A stretch of DNA of 64,000 bases from an uncultured virus (IMG/VR IMGVR_UViG_3300023174_000066) (Duplodnaviria; Heunggongvirae; Uroviricota; Caudoviricetes): IMG/VR virus record IMGVR_UViG_3300023174_000066. One strand, 5' to 3'. The position numbers and the translations under genes are program-made. Shown here piece after piece: positions 13,901 to 22,100 of the stretch (within the stretch, counting starts at the first letter, position 1; every line of letters starts with the position of its first letter). The notes beneath the pieces were generated by a model. The model ran no database searches and was not told the origin of the DNA. It saw only the letters and a list, made by a program, of their open reading frames with translations.

Positions 13901-15451
13901 TTCGGTTTTTGATAAATCTTTATAGTACTCTTCAACCTTAAATCCGGCTTTTTTCATTTCGGATTCAATTTTGTCCATTTCTGTCTCAATGGTGGCATTT
14001 AGCTTTAATAAAGATTGTGCCTCTTGTGAGTTGTCGGGAAGGGACTTAATTGCTTCTGTATTTTTTCCATATAGAGCTGATATTTTGTTATATCTATCAA
14101 TTGCAGGTTTTTTTGACTCAAAAACTTCTTTTCGGGATACTGTATTTTTTATAGGAGTGTATCTCGTGTTTCCCTCTTTTAGCTCCATTTTTTGCTTAAC
14201 AATGGAAGATTTAGGGATTTTAATGACACTTGTTTTGTCATCTGCATCTTTAACTACAACGTACCAGTTTTTTCCGTCAGGCTCTAGTGATGCCGAAACA
14301 AAAGTGTACTCTTGTCCAGTAGCGATATCAAAAAGCACATTGCCAGCATCAAGGGAATCAACAGTAGTTCTTTTTGTGGGGCCTAAATCTTCTTCTGGTG
14401 GTGCTACAACTTCATCTGCTGGTTTAGGGGGAACTACTTGGTAAGAAACGTCTTGATCTAAATCCATAGCGACGTTTGCTTCGTTATCTTCATCTCTTAA
14501 AGTAAGTCTGTAGAATCCAGGCGAGCCTTTAATTTCTACAGGGTTCTTAAGTACTGAATACATTTGACCGTCATCAAAAATGATAGAGTCACCTTTTTGA
14601 AGGTCTTTAACTTTGTATGAGCCTGACCTAGGCTTTTCTGGCTCTTCGGGCGCAATTCCGTCTTCAACAGGCTCGTCTTTTTTCTTTCGAGCAGCCATTT
14701 TGTCAAGAGTTGCTTCCTGCTCAGACTGCTTCCAAACAAAAACAGGTCGATCAATGTTTTTAGTGGGGACCTGCGAAATTCTTTTGTTCTGCCAGCGGAC
14801 CCAAATTCCATTTTCATCATTGGAGACGACAAGTCCGTAGACATCGTCTCCCTCATCAAAAACAAGGTCTCCGGGCGTAAGCTCAGAATATGTTGTTTGA
14901 GTTTTTTCTCTTTTTGCTGCCATTTTGTCTAAGTTAGGCAGTGGTTCAAGTTTTCTATTAGAGTTGTCTACGTCCTCTTGACTAGCATCGTCTCTAGTGA
15001 CCCCATTAATGTCAATAATAAGGCCAGGATCTGATGGAAGAGCCTGAGTCTCTGCACCAATTCTCTGTAGATACTCTTCAGAGAGTTTTGCCTTAACGCC
15101 GAGATCAACTTTTTCCATTGGGAGGTGGTAAACTCCGTCAGGAATGTTTGCACTTCCGGTAATTAAAAACTTTCCATAAGTTGGTCCGTCATTAGATGGT
15201 CCAATGTAGGTAAAAATCTCACTGCTAACTTTTCCTTGAGAGTTTCTAACTTTGGAGAGACCGAGTCCGCCCATCTCGGCAAACTGCCCTGCGTTTTCGC
15301 CAGTTTGAACTCTTCGCTGAAACTCTGCCCACCAACCCCAAGGCTTGCCACTTTTGGTAAGAGACTTAATTACTCTACCAATAAGGCTCGCAACAATTGG
15401 AGCCAGATCTTCTGGCTCTTGATTGTAGGTGCTTTCGTGGAGGCTAGTCAT
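1928..15451 (-). CDS. Giant polyvalent protein, 4507 aa: SH3/KOW-like repeats, zincin peptidase, GNAT, ParB/Srx-like, Pif1-family helicase, C-terminal ADP-ribosyltransferase-like domain
   Basis: Zincin HEYGH...ISEYA...ESFAE. GNAT HRRRGLATALL. ParB-like VADGNHRVEA. Pif1 motifs TGEAGAGKS, APTGIAA, DEISMV, GDPYQL, AITVHKSQGQT, YVALSR. ART R-S-E motifs VFRG, LSSWS, GEQELVL. Confidence 0.85.
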   Translation of the reverse strand: MTSLHESTYNQEPEDLAPIVASLIGRVIKSLTKSGKPWGWWAEFQRRVQTGENAGQFAEMGGLGLSKVRNSQGKVSSEIFTYIGPSNDGPTYGKFLITGSANIPDGVYHLPMEKVDLGVKAKLSEEYLQRIGAETQALPSDPGLIIDINGVTRDDASQEDVDNSNRKLEPLPNLDKMAAKREKTQTTYSELTPGDLVFDEGDDVYGLVVSNDENGIWVRWQNKRISQVPTKNIDRPVFVWKQSEQEATLDKMAARKKKDEPVEDGIAPEEPEKPRSGSYKVKDLQKGDSIIFDDGQMYSVLKNPVEIKGSPGFYRLTLRDEDNEANVAMDLDQDVSYQVVPPKPADEVVAPPEEDLGPTKRTTVDSLDAGNVLFDIATGQEYTFVSASLEPDGKNWYVVVKDADDKTSVIKIPKSSIVKQKMELKEGNTRYTPIKNTVSRKEVFESKKPAIDRYNKISALYGKNTEAIKSLPDNSQEAQSLLKLNATIETEMDKIESEMKKAGFKVEEYYKDLSKTESTTDVVVEDEKIKIAEGIDYDVYDDGVMVVFGKDYWNNVDLLKQAAALFRQSGAGSVVLQYHGKGKDPKNPNYFRDLKRASHSLSFDIKKGTVEDAVKFIAENLKRLYEERQSSGDVSDETENFSGKPGTRGDLENGVSFEITSDGVIHFKGNLDKNEAAFDWLMFDAKDAVPAHDTSLAEDDSEYTTSVLSRSDADRAKLIEALNKKLNPDNVGDDTGSIDSVVESIKTRDGKKLTQQKEDKDGNSVISYGKSEGSSRKLLIKAKRNDDGTISYSLSLKTESKPDENPDFTNTSSFDYLVKSSGVVKNSEDLKATIESAIKYYDNMFDNSEETYGRFIESLPKKDRDAVKNFLASRPFDPLTDPTQEEFDKFVEQRDSFIEMLMTHSIKEFKKLYDLETSQGIKEAETHFAEVLGFMVPELSYVFRIRSLNDLSTAENNNSLTKIRNTFRKVVGDLENLIVRKSSGKATELGKIPSTHKYLGDVSPKDLKIGDMFIERLAGKDGKFTPALVTVTGLSPSKDYDDSTDVTFSDGYSTSLNNKMEIQDVFRSKGPVSVVTDDAVIINSTSTKPALNTKEYWDWIKLKVKEGKITQADLKEAINLAFDISENIFQKTVKEDVAKVLKKFFDANPDGTKGQALEFLKNSTPYIAATGNVIRELYTSIFGDNVNKAVFKNREKKSNSSGEKLFEDEFNAQIESFVSEIGEKPVFKLEDPESNKPYWKWLKQQIEAGTLSEEDRVEAIANVRDSTIDMALVDSLQSLETILRKLIDEDPNITRAEARKKVKEIFSDFATAVMMDPSRVKYFGEDFVNSREYRTAIVAAQRDINDSLMRNLTSIIGDFIPLKRPTTTTTATKESYSASASEVKIGDRIYVPGTDKKKSATVINSSPISISGQKTPWVRLSLQDSDGNISVIDVRPTAQIDIIGKKPVVTETTETETETEEEEVEEETSAPTRALPIPADISELDFTGMSDEDKRLSIKTLLLLEEIGRNQEKLPAGEFPGWGQPYEPKFKLSEADIAWAKDEENAPILQVLRDQLEQLGVSDTEKQKLLRLVRQMPLNEARQAVLNIIESNPLLETEFYKRAANLGDILKNLKALSEKEKIPVPKTLKNVSDIIPDGEKTDLSKSYTFEEFLEDKYPNIPLSDLVNLPKHEKRIARERKLYDAWMDENKKRIYDQVFEMDNVQIRYSSKGKVTKKAFALLSQVMKVVNDITPPGGSKVKVTLADPEWMKEITGSDRTKGFTTFDESGINIVISERMFGQIKQKEEDGVDTQIAPFIGEFLKQYGVALYGSVVGAGFKADKSATELEEIFKNKFDINKKSNGAIEFGEMFRDFFADRLNDPKSEKFAEFGNFVVRAVNTGYRPTINLTNALDLDGKEVLMQTGQRRARSAGFAGAKELKGEALKKYEETRNSLLLANGQQVQVRWLEGLPTFRDSSGTLGTLPDKVDKKNWRKNASFMRFVQGFVGDGVEATNDQIDDLIEAFNKTLSKQRKETERMRVVRVDGTNATIRWKESDFDNDQDARKTLNSVIKQIKQMNQIDSLGDFPISVTLSKKDKFTPGGADGVLFTSGKGEDWTGYKYVTEDGAFIVLDIDQRKINAGVDGNWAKDTKNKELDNRLLQDLGHEYGHLVLELRTGGNNKNDPLFQQFVNLGYPLDPRLHPISEYAAGNHKESFAELWRVFLMHEIKGIRIPANSPIRRFADFFYQLRSSPLSQRYKKKPIPAIARDPGIDKMAPEIPDFKTSGPEFTDDQIIVEFEDRDYFYSNGLKPDGSPIENPQQKEAISAAHSLAVDAQNRLNEINKAKFVATASVINAKHNYASKAKTLKDLYEGYFQSEYEKNSKNTNTSENVSRRVETDESSFQSGASTFEDLEIPEKVSKKLPKSAKVTISKVFGTYTDKRGTVFTLFFKNAELSGVTKEDLEFIDIDGSTTYLGLGSTIKNWAYAFEGDLNDATRQAILDSSYSDSEGTIRARIDTNFFPSSYLITSNQEPKDKNDLAIEYVDTKISHRRRGLATALLVFTRQNSPKNRVLHSLSRTPRGKYWSETADTDDSLFLGPTERREEERKRTKDLLEKDDAFWEAHQQRLDKMAPNYMSQSYGEILHPNLKDYTSDDPEGGLGPDNSVVGYISTELLSALKGNYTEDEDRVLEKVEDIRSGRGFKTPAIIFYNPSNNKAFVADGNHRVEASRRLDIGFTPARVITNYFQDNENAQVLDNGFGETGIDVPFKDRPFPRDIHPALIFNSNDMYGTDNEVREAEIDKMASKIGMWGGDTDAVESRFLPDKEENLYEIFHPGTYVVIKSTGEVAQVYGHNLSEIRNDETQTTELINRGGVSVKILKGLVDDADFIPNVDEDPNSLQRNGTRVFISGTADDATLKHSYPVNDQRIYEQRLVDLEDLEDVTKSFMKISDNPILFDDTMFVAQRETDVKGRISRFVSPGVVEIAELIGYDSDNRPVHRSHQVKVEELLPIQDQVPTLPGEPIRNLGKEMGNIMNNMDRINSVASRLYNFGYLSETMYRSIVNAARYKFITRSGAAQLVELLQNYDNLRRYKVRGTPLTYKTGKAAQTVKGNQVLSGDSEYPYPDLPYNSELSPRQNASFNRRVNAGIYPGIFSQAETDELNEQFKKLKSKFDYTSILNRLNNAELAWRLDNGWQVDELVNKYYTGADGKPELPTEELALKYENYSPTKDEDGKPLKEEEKATPEPREAAKPTPAPTPAPEPTPPPAPTPAPAPAPSPAPAQPSEQSQGFTNVADFINKKLNQNRDSSEIDKMSSGLPITESKNETNPPALYDIEAIEQAIAEDGVLTDQRKLEILQILPYLDKNSIKPIVDEVNTKLLNKRIINDEPISGIDIPDSYNTSKLQGYTSPEEVSVIDKMATRDPEKIEYGGTGMEPDGPPQIKLGPEQRDALDTLLQTKEPFFLTGEAGAGKSTVVNQFTGILQETGVSYAVAAPTGIAALNVGGVTLNSLLLINPNIPQSSYNIGSWLNSNLVQMKKPLLQALQVLVIDEISMVRADTLDLIDRMLRAVRGRLDQPFGGVQIVMVGDPYQLSPVVNERDSGTADFKETYSSPWFFDATVFKEFPMQGSKLTVVYRQDESSDPEFIRILRAVQKGTATQSDLDWLWQVSQNNRKTSTPESSPALVPTNLLARNSNLQKLSEINEPEYTLVGTYSGEPASVKKLKDASDPTKGVLPEQYMKMKKGARVIFVQNAKAREGERPDWVNGTVGEITELRPITFNEAGDPTDFLIEVRIPDVNKGGMKIVTVPQTNFIDKNVKLSRNMVGGDEKITTEMAKAGVYKQYPFKLGYAITVHKSQGQTLDSALIKYGTVDPETGLIEKSGAFAEGQTYVALSRVRSSKGLFLEVPLDLSDVKISERVKYFMGRMFGRDDRQAQEPEIDRMAPRSDSNFASGEIFETYAQKENEPGFDEFVPSSYKDSEKLETMQSASVDESSWIGLPDIGDTSVKAGNADILTAEIVSNMSLNGAFNAVDDLLSNDMDLFSSMANSNDLAENYSRMLAFFDGEYASIRDGVIAFTNPYNGNITTVKKGSFLDEYYGDESNPTPQGDDQSDSIKLALQKIKSLSQKIRDKALKDGFSEFEGVNQREALLALASDDEKFAANFIVDSMFSGMGGSAIAMASGKFAVNDGMTDTAEAVKKIIVENAVSSTVATWANTSNGDNPLSLLIQKEVDLMFNLKNAFKWPYASEKTNEKIERARQLEKGMEFIRQFIAAQYKTTQKRLKDLKINEVTVFRGQSVSSKDLIDGADDRRLSMSPLSSWSFDLDIADAFSNHESWRGDTGNSAKITLTSQTPASRVFGMFGSGFGCLGEQELVLLGGSLEYDNVRGEADVSDSETMIDIFKRYEIIDDVRRYLKSLIEDKSGQKNARLMSFFQTVLPELDGVDVAVNTTDQVMEKFMRNLLNSGQDLPDDLVDLIKDTLAKLNTARQDQKIDGVRKIGYLVERELEDMEMKKYQEEIQKEIKDWEDEND

Positions 15452-15707
15452 TCTTAGATTCAGTGGCCTTTTTATCTTTTTGACGCTGTTTCCACTCGAT
15501 ATACCAACGAGCGTCGTCTCCGGTTAAATCGTCAACTCCCTTTGAGATATCAATCCCAATTCTTTCACGTAAGGCCAGGCGCGCTACATCTACGCGAGCA
15601 TCCACCCACAGCTCTTCAAGTTGGTCGTCGGTGAGGTCAGAAACCTTAACTTCGGCGTCGCCGGCTCCGGTAAGGTGTAGGGAGATAGTTTGGTTTTCGT
15701 AATCCAC
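15444..15707 (-). CDS. Hypothetical protein, 87 aa (paralog of 15707..15964)
   Basis: ORF track; coupled to both neighbours; shares AR..R.R.G.D......T..DAR.Y..W with the upstream ORF. Confidence 0.7.
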   Translation of the reverse strand: MDYENQTISLHLTGAGDAEVKVSDLTDDQLEELWVDARVDVARLALRERIGIDISKGVDDLTGDDARWYIEWKQRQKDKKATESKND

Positions 15708-15964
15708 TAAACTTCCTTCTCTGTGTCGTTCTCATCTTCTATTGTATCGGAATTTTCTTCGAGCCACTTTTCGTAGTCCCGAGCGTCCTGGGGAGTCTGC
15801 TCTTTAATTGGCTTGTACGGGTCAAAGCCTTTGCGCCTACGAAATTCGTAGCGTGCTTGCATAATTCCTAAAGATGCAAAGTGAAAAAGACGGCTAAGAG
15901 GCATGACAGAAAAGTCATGCTCAACTTCCTCGATTCCGGCATCACCGTTAATGATAATTTTCAT
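15707..15964 (-). CDS. Hypothetical protein, 85 aa
   Basis: ORF track; operonic. Confidence 0.7.
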   Translation of the reverse strand: MKIIINGDAGIEEVEHDFSVMPLSRLFHFASLGIMQARYEFRRRKGFDPYKPIKEQTPQDARDYEKWLEENSDTIEDENDTEKEV

Positions 15965-15972
15965 AACAGCGG

Positions 15973-16104
15973 CTACTTCTTCTCGGCCTCTACTACAGCT
16001 TCCTTAATATCTTCTGGAGAGTCTGTATTTGGCTCAAAGTACCCAATCCAATACTCTTCATCTTTGAGGGGGTCGTAGTTGTCCATGTTGTACTGCTCGG
16101 CCAC
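15973..16104 (-). CDS. Small acidic hypothetical protein, 43 aa
   Basis: Manual translation MAEQYNMDNYDPLKDEEYWIGYFEPNTDSPEDIKEAVVEAEKK; GTG start with AGGAG RBS; fills the gap between genes. Confidence 0.55.
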   Translation of the reverse strand: MAEQYNMDNYDPLKDEEYWIGYFEPNTDSPEDIKEAVVEAEKK

Positions 16105-16146
16105 GTAGTCTCCTAAAACTAAATCTTACCCAAGTATACCAAAGAA

Positions 16147-19100
16147 TTAAAGATCTCTTTGTATTTTTTCATCTACCAGTTCTTTTAGCTCGTTATAAGA
16201 CATTCCAAGTCTTTCTGCCCAGAATCTAATTATTTGCTCCCTGGCGCTCGGGGACGTGATGGATGCCAGCGTGGCAACAATAGACATCAAGGATTCGTAT
16301 GTCTGGCCAGATAAGCTCCACTCAAAGAACCCCTCCATAAGCAAGCCACTCTCGAGATCTAGCCTATTCTTGATTGCGGCTAAGAGAGCCTCTTTCCCAC
16401 CCTCTTTGTAGATATCGGCCGGATCATTTGAGTCTTTAGTGGCCTCTCCGTCAGAAACAGAGACTGGCCTATTTACCATGCTGTGGAGGATCGGGTAGTC
16501 ATATCCGATCTTCAGGGCTCTTCTTGCTGCCTTACGTCCGGCTGCGTCAGGGTCTAGGAAGAAGACCATTTCTCTAAATGGCTTGTCTCCTGGTTTAGTG
16601 AGGCCCATAAACATGTTAATATGTGCCTTGGTAAACTCAGATCCCATGATTGCAACAGCATTGTCAATGCCAGCTGCCTGCATAGCAATGACATCCATTT
16701 GACCCTCAACAAAGAATATTTGATTTCTCTTTTGAATACCTTTGCGGGCAACATCAAGACCAAACACAGACTCACTCTTCTTAAAGATTGGAGATGCTTT
16801 GGTATAAACGTATCTAGCATCGTCCTCGGGGTTCACTGTTCGAGCCGTAAACGCTAGGATGTTTCCGTCAGCATCTTTAAGAGGGATAACAATTTTGTCG
16901 TCTCCAGTGCTTCCGACAATTAGGACATCGTAAATAGTCCCCGTTCCCTCTTTAATGTTAACTAAGCCAGAAAGGACCATATCTTCTTTACTAAAGCCAA
17001 GTTCAGTTAGGTGGTTGGTTAAAGCTTTCCATCCGCCGCCCTTGTTGTACCCTGCAGCCCGCCCTAATTGGAACTTCTTAGCATCGTTGATGTTAAAGCC
17101 CCGGCTTGTTAGGTACTTAATAGCAGGAGAGTACTTAGATGCAGACGTTAGGTTGTTTTCGTAGAACTCTGCTGCAGCTTTGTTAAGTGCATAGAGTCGC
17201 TTAGTTACCTCTTCATTGTCTTCTCCAGGTACTTTAGCCGCCATCTTGTCAATTTCAGCCCCTGGGCCACCCGATGCGGCAATGAGGTCCTTGAGGGCCT
17301 GAAGAGCTTCAACTCTTCTTCTAGGTGCGTCATCTCCACCAAGGCTAAGTCTCCACGTGCCAGACTTTCCATGCCAGAAGAACTTAAATGGACGACCATT
17401 ATTGTCAACGGTCACTGACTTGATCTCATCTTTGTACTTCTTAGTGTCACCAAGAAGAATAATTTGATCTCCTTCAATTCGATAATTCACTCCGCCACCT
17501 AGCCCATTGAATTCACCAGATGCTCCAGTAATAATTCCGGTCTCAGCGCCAATTGCTTCTGTAGGAGTGATCTCATTTTCAGCGTCAGCTTCGACAAAGC
17601 CTTTTTCAATTGACAACCAGTATCCTCCAAGAATGTGCTCTACTGCTTGCCCAGCAAGAGTTGCGGCCTCGGTAATCATAGCTGGGTTGTCCTTAAGTGC
17701 TTCAAGCCAGTCCGCAACGTAGGCAACAGAGTTGTCGTATGTGACATCAATATTAAAAATTTGAGAAAGCATTGCAGAACCAATCTCAGCAACAAGCTCT
17801 TCCCTTGCCCGACTTTCAATATGCGCACCGTAGTTTTCTATAAGATCTTTACGATTTAGTCTAGATGGGTCGCCTGTGCTGTGAGTCAGTTCGTGGGTAA
17901 GAGTTGCAAAATAGTCTTCAGCACTAGAAAATTGGTTTCTAAGTGGTAAGAAAATAGAATCAAATTCAGGATTCCAAAATGCTCTATCTTGAGGAAAATT
18001 AAAAATTGGAGGCTTATTAGTGTAACTATCAAGAATAATAGTTTCAGCGTCTAAAGTTTCAATTTTTCTAAGCTTTGGTGCTGGAGGCAGAGTAATCCCT
18101 CTAATCTGGTCTTCGTTATAGACAGAATAGTATCCAACCCGGGGGAACTTCTTCTCTACTTCGCGTACCTGATCAATAACTTTATTAGGGTCATTGGGGT
18201 CTGGTACCTGGGTAACTTCTTTCTCTGTCTTTTTCACAGTGCTAACAAAAGAAATACTTTCGGGAACTGCTGTGTCCTCAACGTAGCCACCCATTTTTTT
18301 AATAGCATTTGCGGTATACCATCTTGTTCCGGTGTACCCTCGAATTTCACCCATGATATTCAGCCAAAGAAGATTGCCTCGTCGGTAGACCTTTCCTGAA
18401 GACCCGGAAGTTGGGAGTGTTCCGTCAACAGACCAGGGCTTTTGCCAAGGAAGCTTTCCAGACTCTTGAATAGCCTTAATCATCTGATTGCCCCACTCTT
18501 CGGCAAACTTTTGATTGCTGGAGCGCACTTCCGCAGCGCCAGCTTCGTCTAGAGGCTCTAGATCGGAGCCTGGGCCGCTTTCTGTAGGAATTTCGTTGTC
18601 ATCGCTCTTAGGAGCCATTCTGTCTATCTCAGGTGTCTGCGCTTGAGGCGCAACGTCGCCGCTCTCGTCAGCAAAACGGTGACTCTCGAGCTCTTTGAGA
18701 TCTCCAGTGACAACCCACTCTAAGGATCCAGGATCGAGAGCATCTTCGGCTCGAGTGATTGCTACATAGCCATTATTGAGCTCATCTTCAGAGAATGCTC
18801 GGTTTCTTGACTCTGCTCCTTCGCGGGGATCATAGAAGTCGTTCCAGAGCTTAACGCGCTGGCCCTCAAGGCCTTTAGCGTTGTGCGCTGTCATAAACCT
18901 AATTACAATGTCATCGCCATTTAGGGAAAAGACAAGATCTGTTAGCTGCATTTCAAAATTTGCTGCTACGTTTTTTACAAATCGAGGTGCTGTCTTTCCT
19001 GGCGCGTACTCGTAGTCCTCTTTAACATATCCAAGTCTTTCGAGGACTTGTCTATTGTCAAAAATCCCATCTCCATATTTTTTGTTAAAGGTGCTGTTTA

Positions 19101-22100
19101 CAAGATAAACTTTATCTTTTTCGCGCCTAAACGAAATGTTCCCTCCAATAGAACCTTCGGACCCAATAGTAGCAGGCATCCGGAAAGTCTCTCGCTTAAG
19201 GCTTAGTTTCTCCACCATATCAATAATTTCTTCAATGGCTTCTGATTCTTTTTTAAGCCTCGAGGTGCTCTTTACTTGATAAATAAGGTTTTTATAGACC
19301 TTAAGCTCTCTATCTTCCGCAGCCGCAGCCATGAACATATCCCAAGTTAAAAAGTTAGCTAGTTCTGCTGGAATAGTCTTTGGCCTGTACTGAGGGTTGG
19401 CCCCATATCTGAGCCACTTTAGTGTCCTCATGTTTTCTAGAATACGCTTTTTAAAGTTAATAGTTGTCCCAAAAATTACAGAGTTTCCCTGGAGGATACG
19501 GAAGTAGTACAGAGCCTCAACAATTCCAGAGTTTGTTCTGGCCAACAAAAGATCTGGATCATCCATTGAACCGGCTTTAAGTATCTCTGTTGTTTTGTAT
19601 GGGTTTCCAGTGAGGTCTTTTTCATTGCCTAAGTGCTTTAGAATTTTGTCTGCAACTTTGGCAAGTTCTGGTCCAAACCTCCAACTCTGAGTTAGTGGCA
19701 ACATGTAGTCAGTCTTAATGACCTCAAAAGCATTAATAGTTCCACGGAAACGATACATCGACTGGTTCCGGTCACCAATAATTAGGAACACAATGTCTAC
19801 TTTGTGCAGATCTTGCTGGTCGGCAAGAATTCCACCAAGGACTTCATTGATGTCCTGAGCCTCATCTAGGATGACTAGATCAGGAGCTCCGCTTCTAAGC
19901 CCGTGAGGGCTCTTATTGTCGGATCCAATTTCTTTCAAATTGGGTCGAGTTAGACCCCAATTTTTTGTCATCATATCAAAATCAATCTGAATCTGAGGAC
20001 CTTCTCTGTCTAATGGATCCGTAACATCTTTCCACATTCTTCCTGCCATATCAATGTAAAAAAAGTACTCTTCATAAGACTCTGGAGCATAGTCTCCCAT
20101 TTCTTCGATCATATCAATATGCCGAATATTGGGTGAGGCATCAGACGAAAGGACCCAGTTCTTAAAAGTAGCGACTATGATCCGCTCTGCGGTCAGTCTA
20201 GGAGCATTCTTGGGGAACCCGCTGGCAGTATCTAGTCTTTGGGGAAGTTTGTCGATCCTCGGTGCGTTAGGATTTTCAAACTGGTACGCAGCATACATCT
20301 CATCAAAGAGTTCTTTCATGTCATACTTACTAGCTTTTTTCAACCACTCCGAGACGGCCTCTGGATCGTCTGTGCCAATTATTCTTGCAACAGCGGCAAG
20401 TCTGTTTTCTTTAGACATTGCAACTTGATATTTTTTATCAGACATGTCGACATTAAAATCATTGCTTTCAAAGAACCCAAAGAAGTCCATAAGGGCGCCT
20501 GGAATACGAAGATTTACTCGAGCATGGTAGCTGGCAGTTAGGTTTGACTGCTCGTCAAATTTTGTTGACATAGATCTATTAGCAGAAGCAGCTTTAGAGA
20601 CAGAGTGAGAAGTTCTTGACTCAACAAACTTTGGCATTCGACGCTCAGCATCAAGTTGAGTCTCTTTGTTGAAAACAAGGTTAAGGACTCTTGATTTAGG
20701 GTTTAGCTTTTTATATGCTGCAGATAGTACTACCGCAAGAGAAGTTTTACCTACACCGGCGTACGCTTCAGCACTGACACCTCTTTGATTTAGGATGGCG
20801 TTAATAATCTGTCGACCCTCTTCGGTCGGAGGGAACTTAAGATCAAGCTCCTCTTCTACGCCACTAAATAGGTCTGGGAGGCTACTAATGTCAGGAACAG
20901 CGTCCTTCTTTTTTCTAGCAGCCATTTTATCAATTTCTGGCTTGCCGGCTGGGAACCCCCCTTGAGGAAGACTATCAGCAATGTCTGAGTTAGCATCGAG
21001 AAGATCAAACTGATCAATAGCATTTTTAAGTCTAACAATTATTCCGTTTGCTGCTCTATTTGAGTAAGTTTTTGTTTTTACGGCAGACTTATAGGCTTCG
21101 GCAATCTCACTAGTGATGCCTTTTCGAGAAAGCAGCTGATCTACTAAATTGAGGATCTGTGAGTAGTGGTCTTGGTTTGCACCATCTAAGTTTGACGATT
21201 CTGCAACAACAAGATTTGCAGCTTTTTCAGGATAAACGGACTCGGCGTATCCAACAAGGACCTCGCCAACGTTTGTCCCGAATCCCAAAACTCTTGCTAC
21301 CTGATCGGATGAGCCCTTAGTGACATTCATTCCGTAGTCAATTAGAATGCCGTTTTTAGAGATGTATCTATTTGTTACAGGGCTCAGTTGTTGCGCAGGA
21401 GTCTGCTCTAGGTTAAACTTCTGCTCTCTTTCCCCACCAACAGCGAGATAGTTTACAAGAAGGTTTCCCCCAGGAATAAGCCCAACAACCTGTCCTACTC
21501 GACCGTCGCTAATATTAAATGCATATGTCCCACCGGGAAGACCCTTAATCGTTGCGGGAACAGGGGTCACAATTGCATCTCTATTCTCACTTGAAATTGT
21601 GAGGTTTTCGGTCATAGACTTGAAATCAGAAATCATTTGATTTTCAATGTCTTCGGCTGTGAGCCCCTGCAGTGCCAAAATACGCTTGTATCGGCTAATC
21701 CAGTACGCTACAGCCTTTTCTTCATACTCAGCAACCGCAGAGTCGTACTTCTCTTGGTCCCAGCCGTTAAGAGATTTTTCATACGAAAACTCTGCACCAC
21801 CGAGTGCAAGGCCCCGCTGAGCGCGGTCAAACATTGCATTAAGAACGTCAACGGTAGATGCAACGTCAGCGTCTGCTTCGTGGCGACCGTTGTTAGAAAG
21901 CCCAAAGTAGGTAACTAGGGCCTCAAGTGTGTGAGCTGGGACCTGAACTCCATACAATCTTCTCTTTTGAGCGTCGTCCCATCTGCTACCAATTTTGTAT
22001 GGCGCATCGGGGTTTTCGGGGGACCACTTAGGCATCATGTGTCGTGCAAGCCCGAGAGTGTCAAGATATCCAGAAGGGTTGAGCCCCTCTAGACCGGCTT

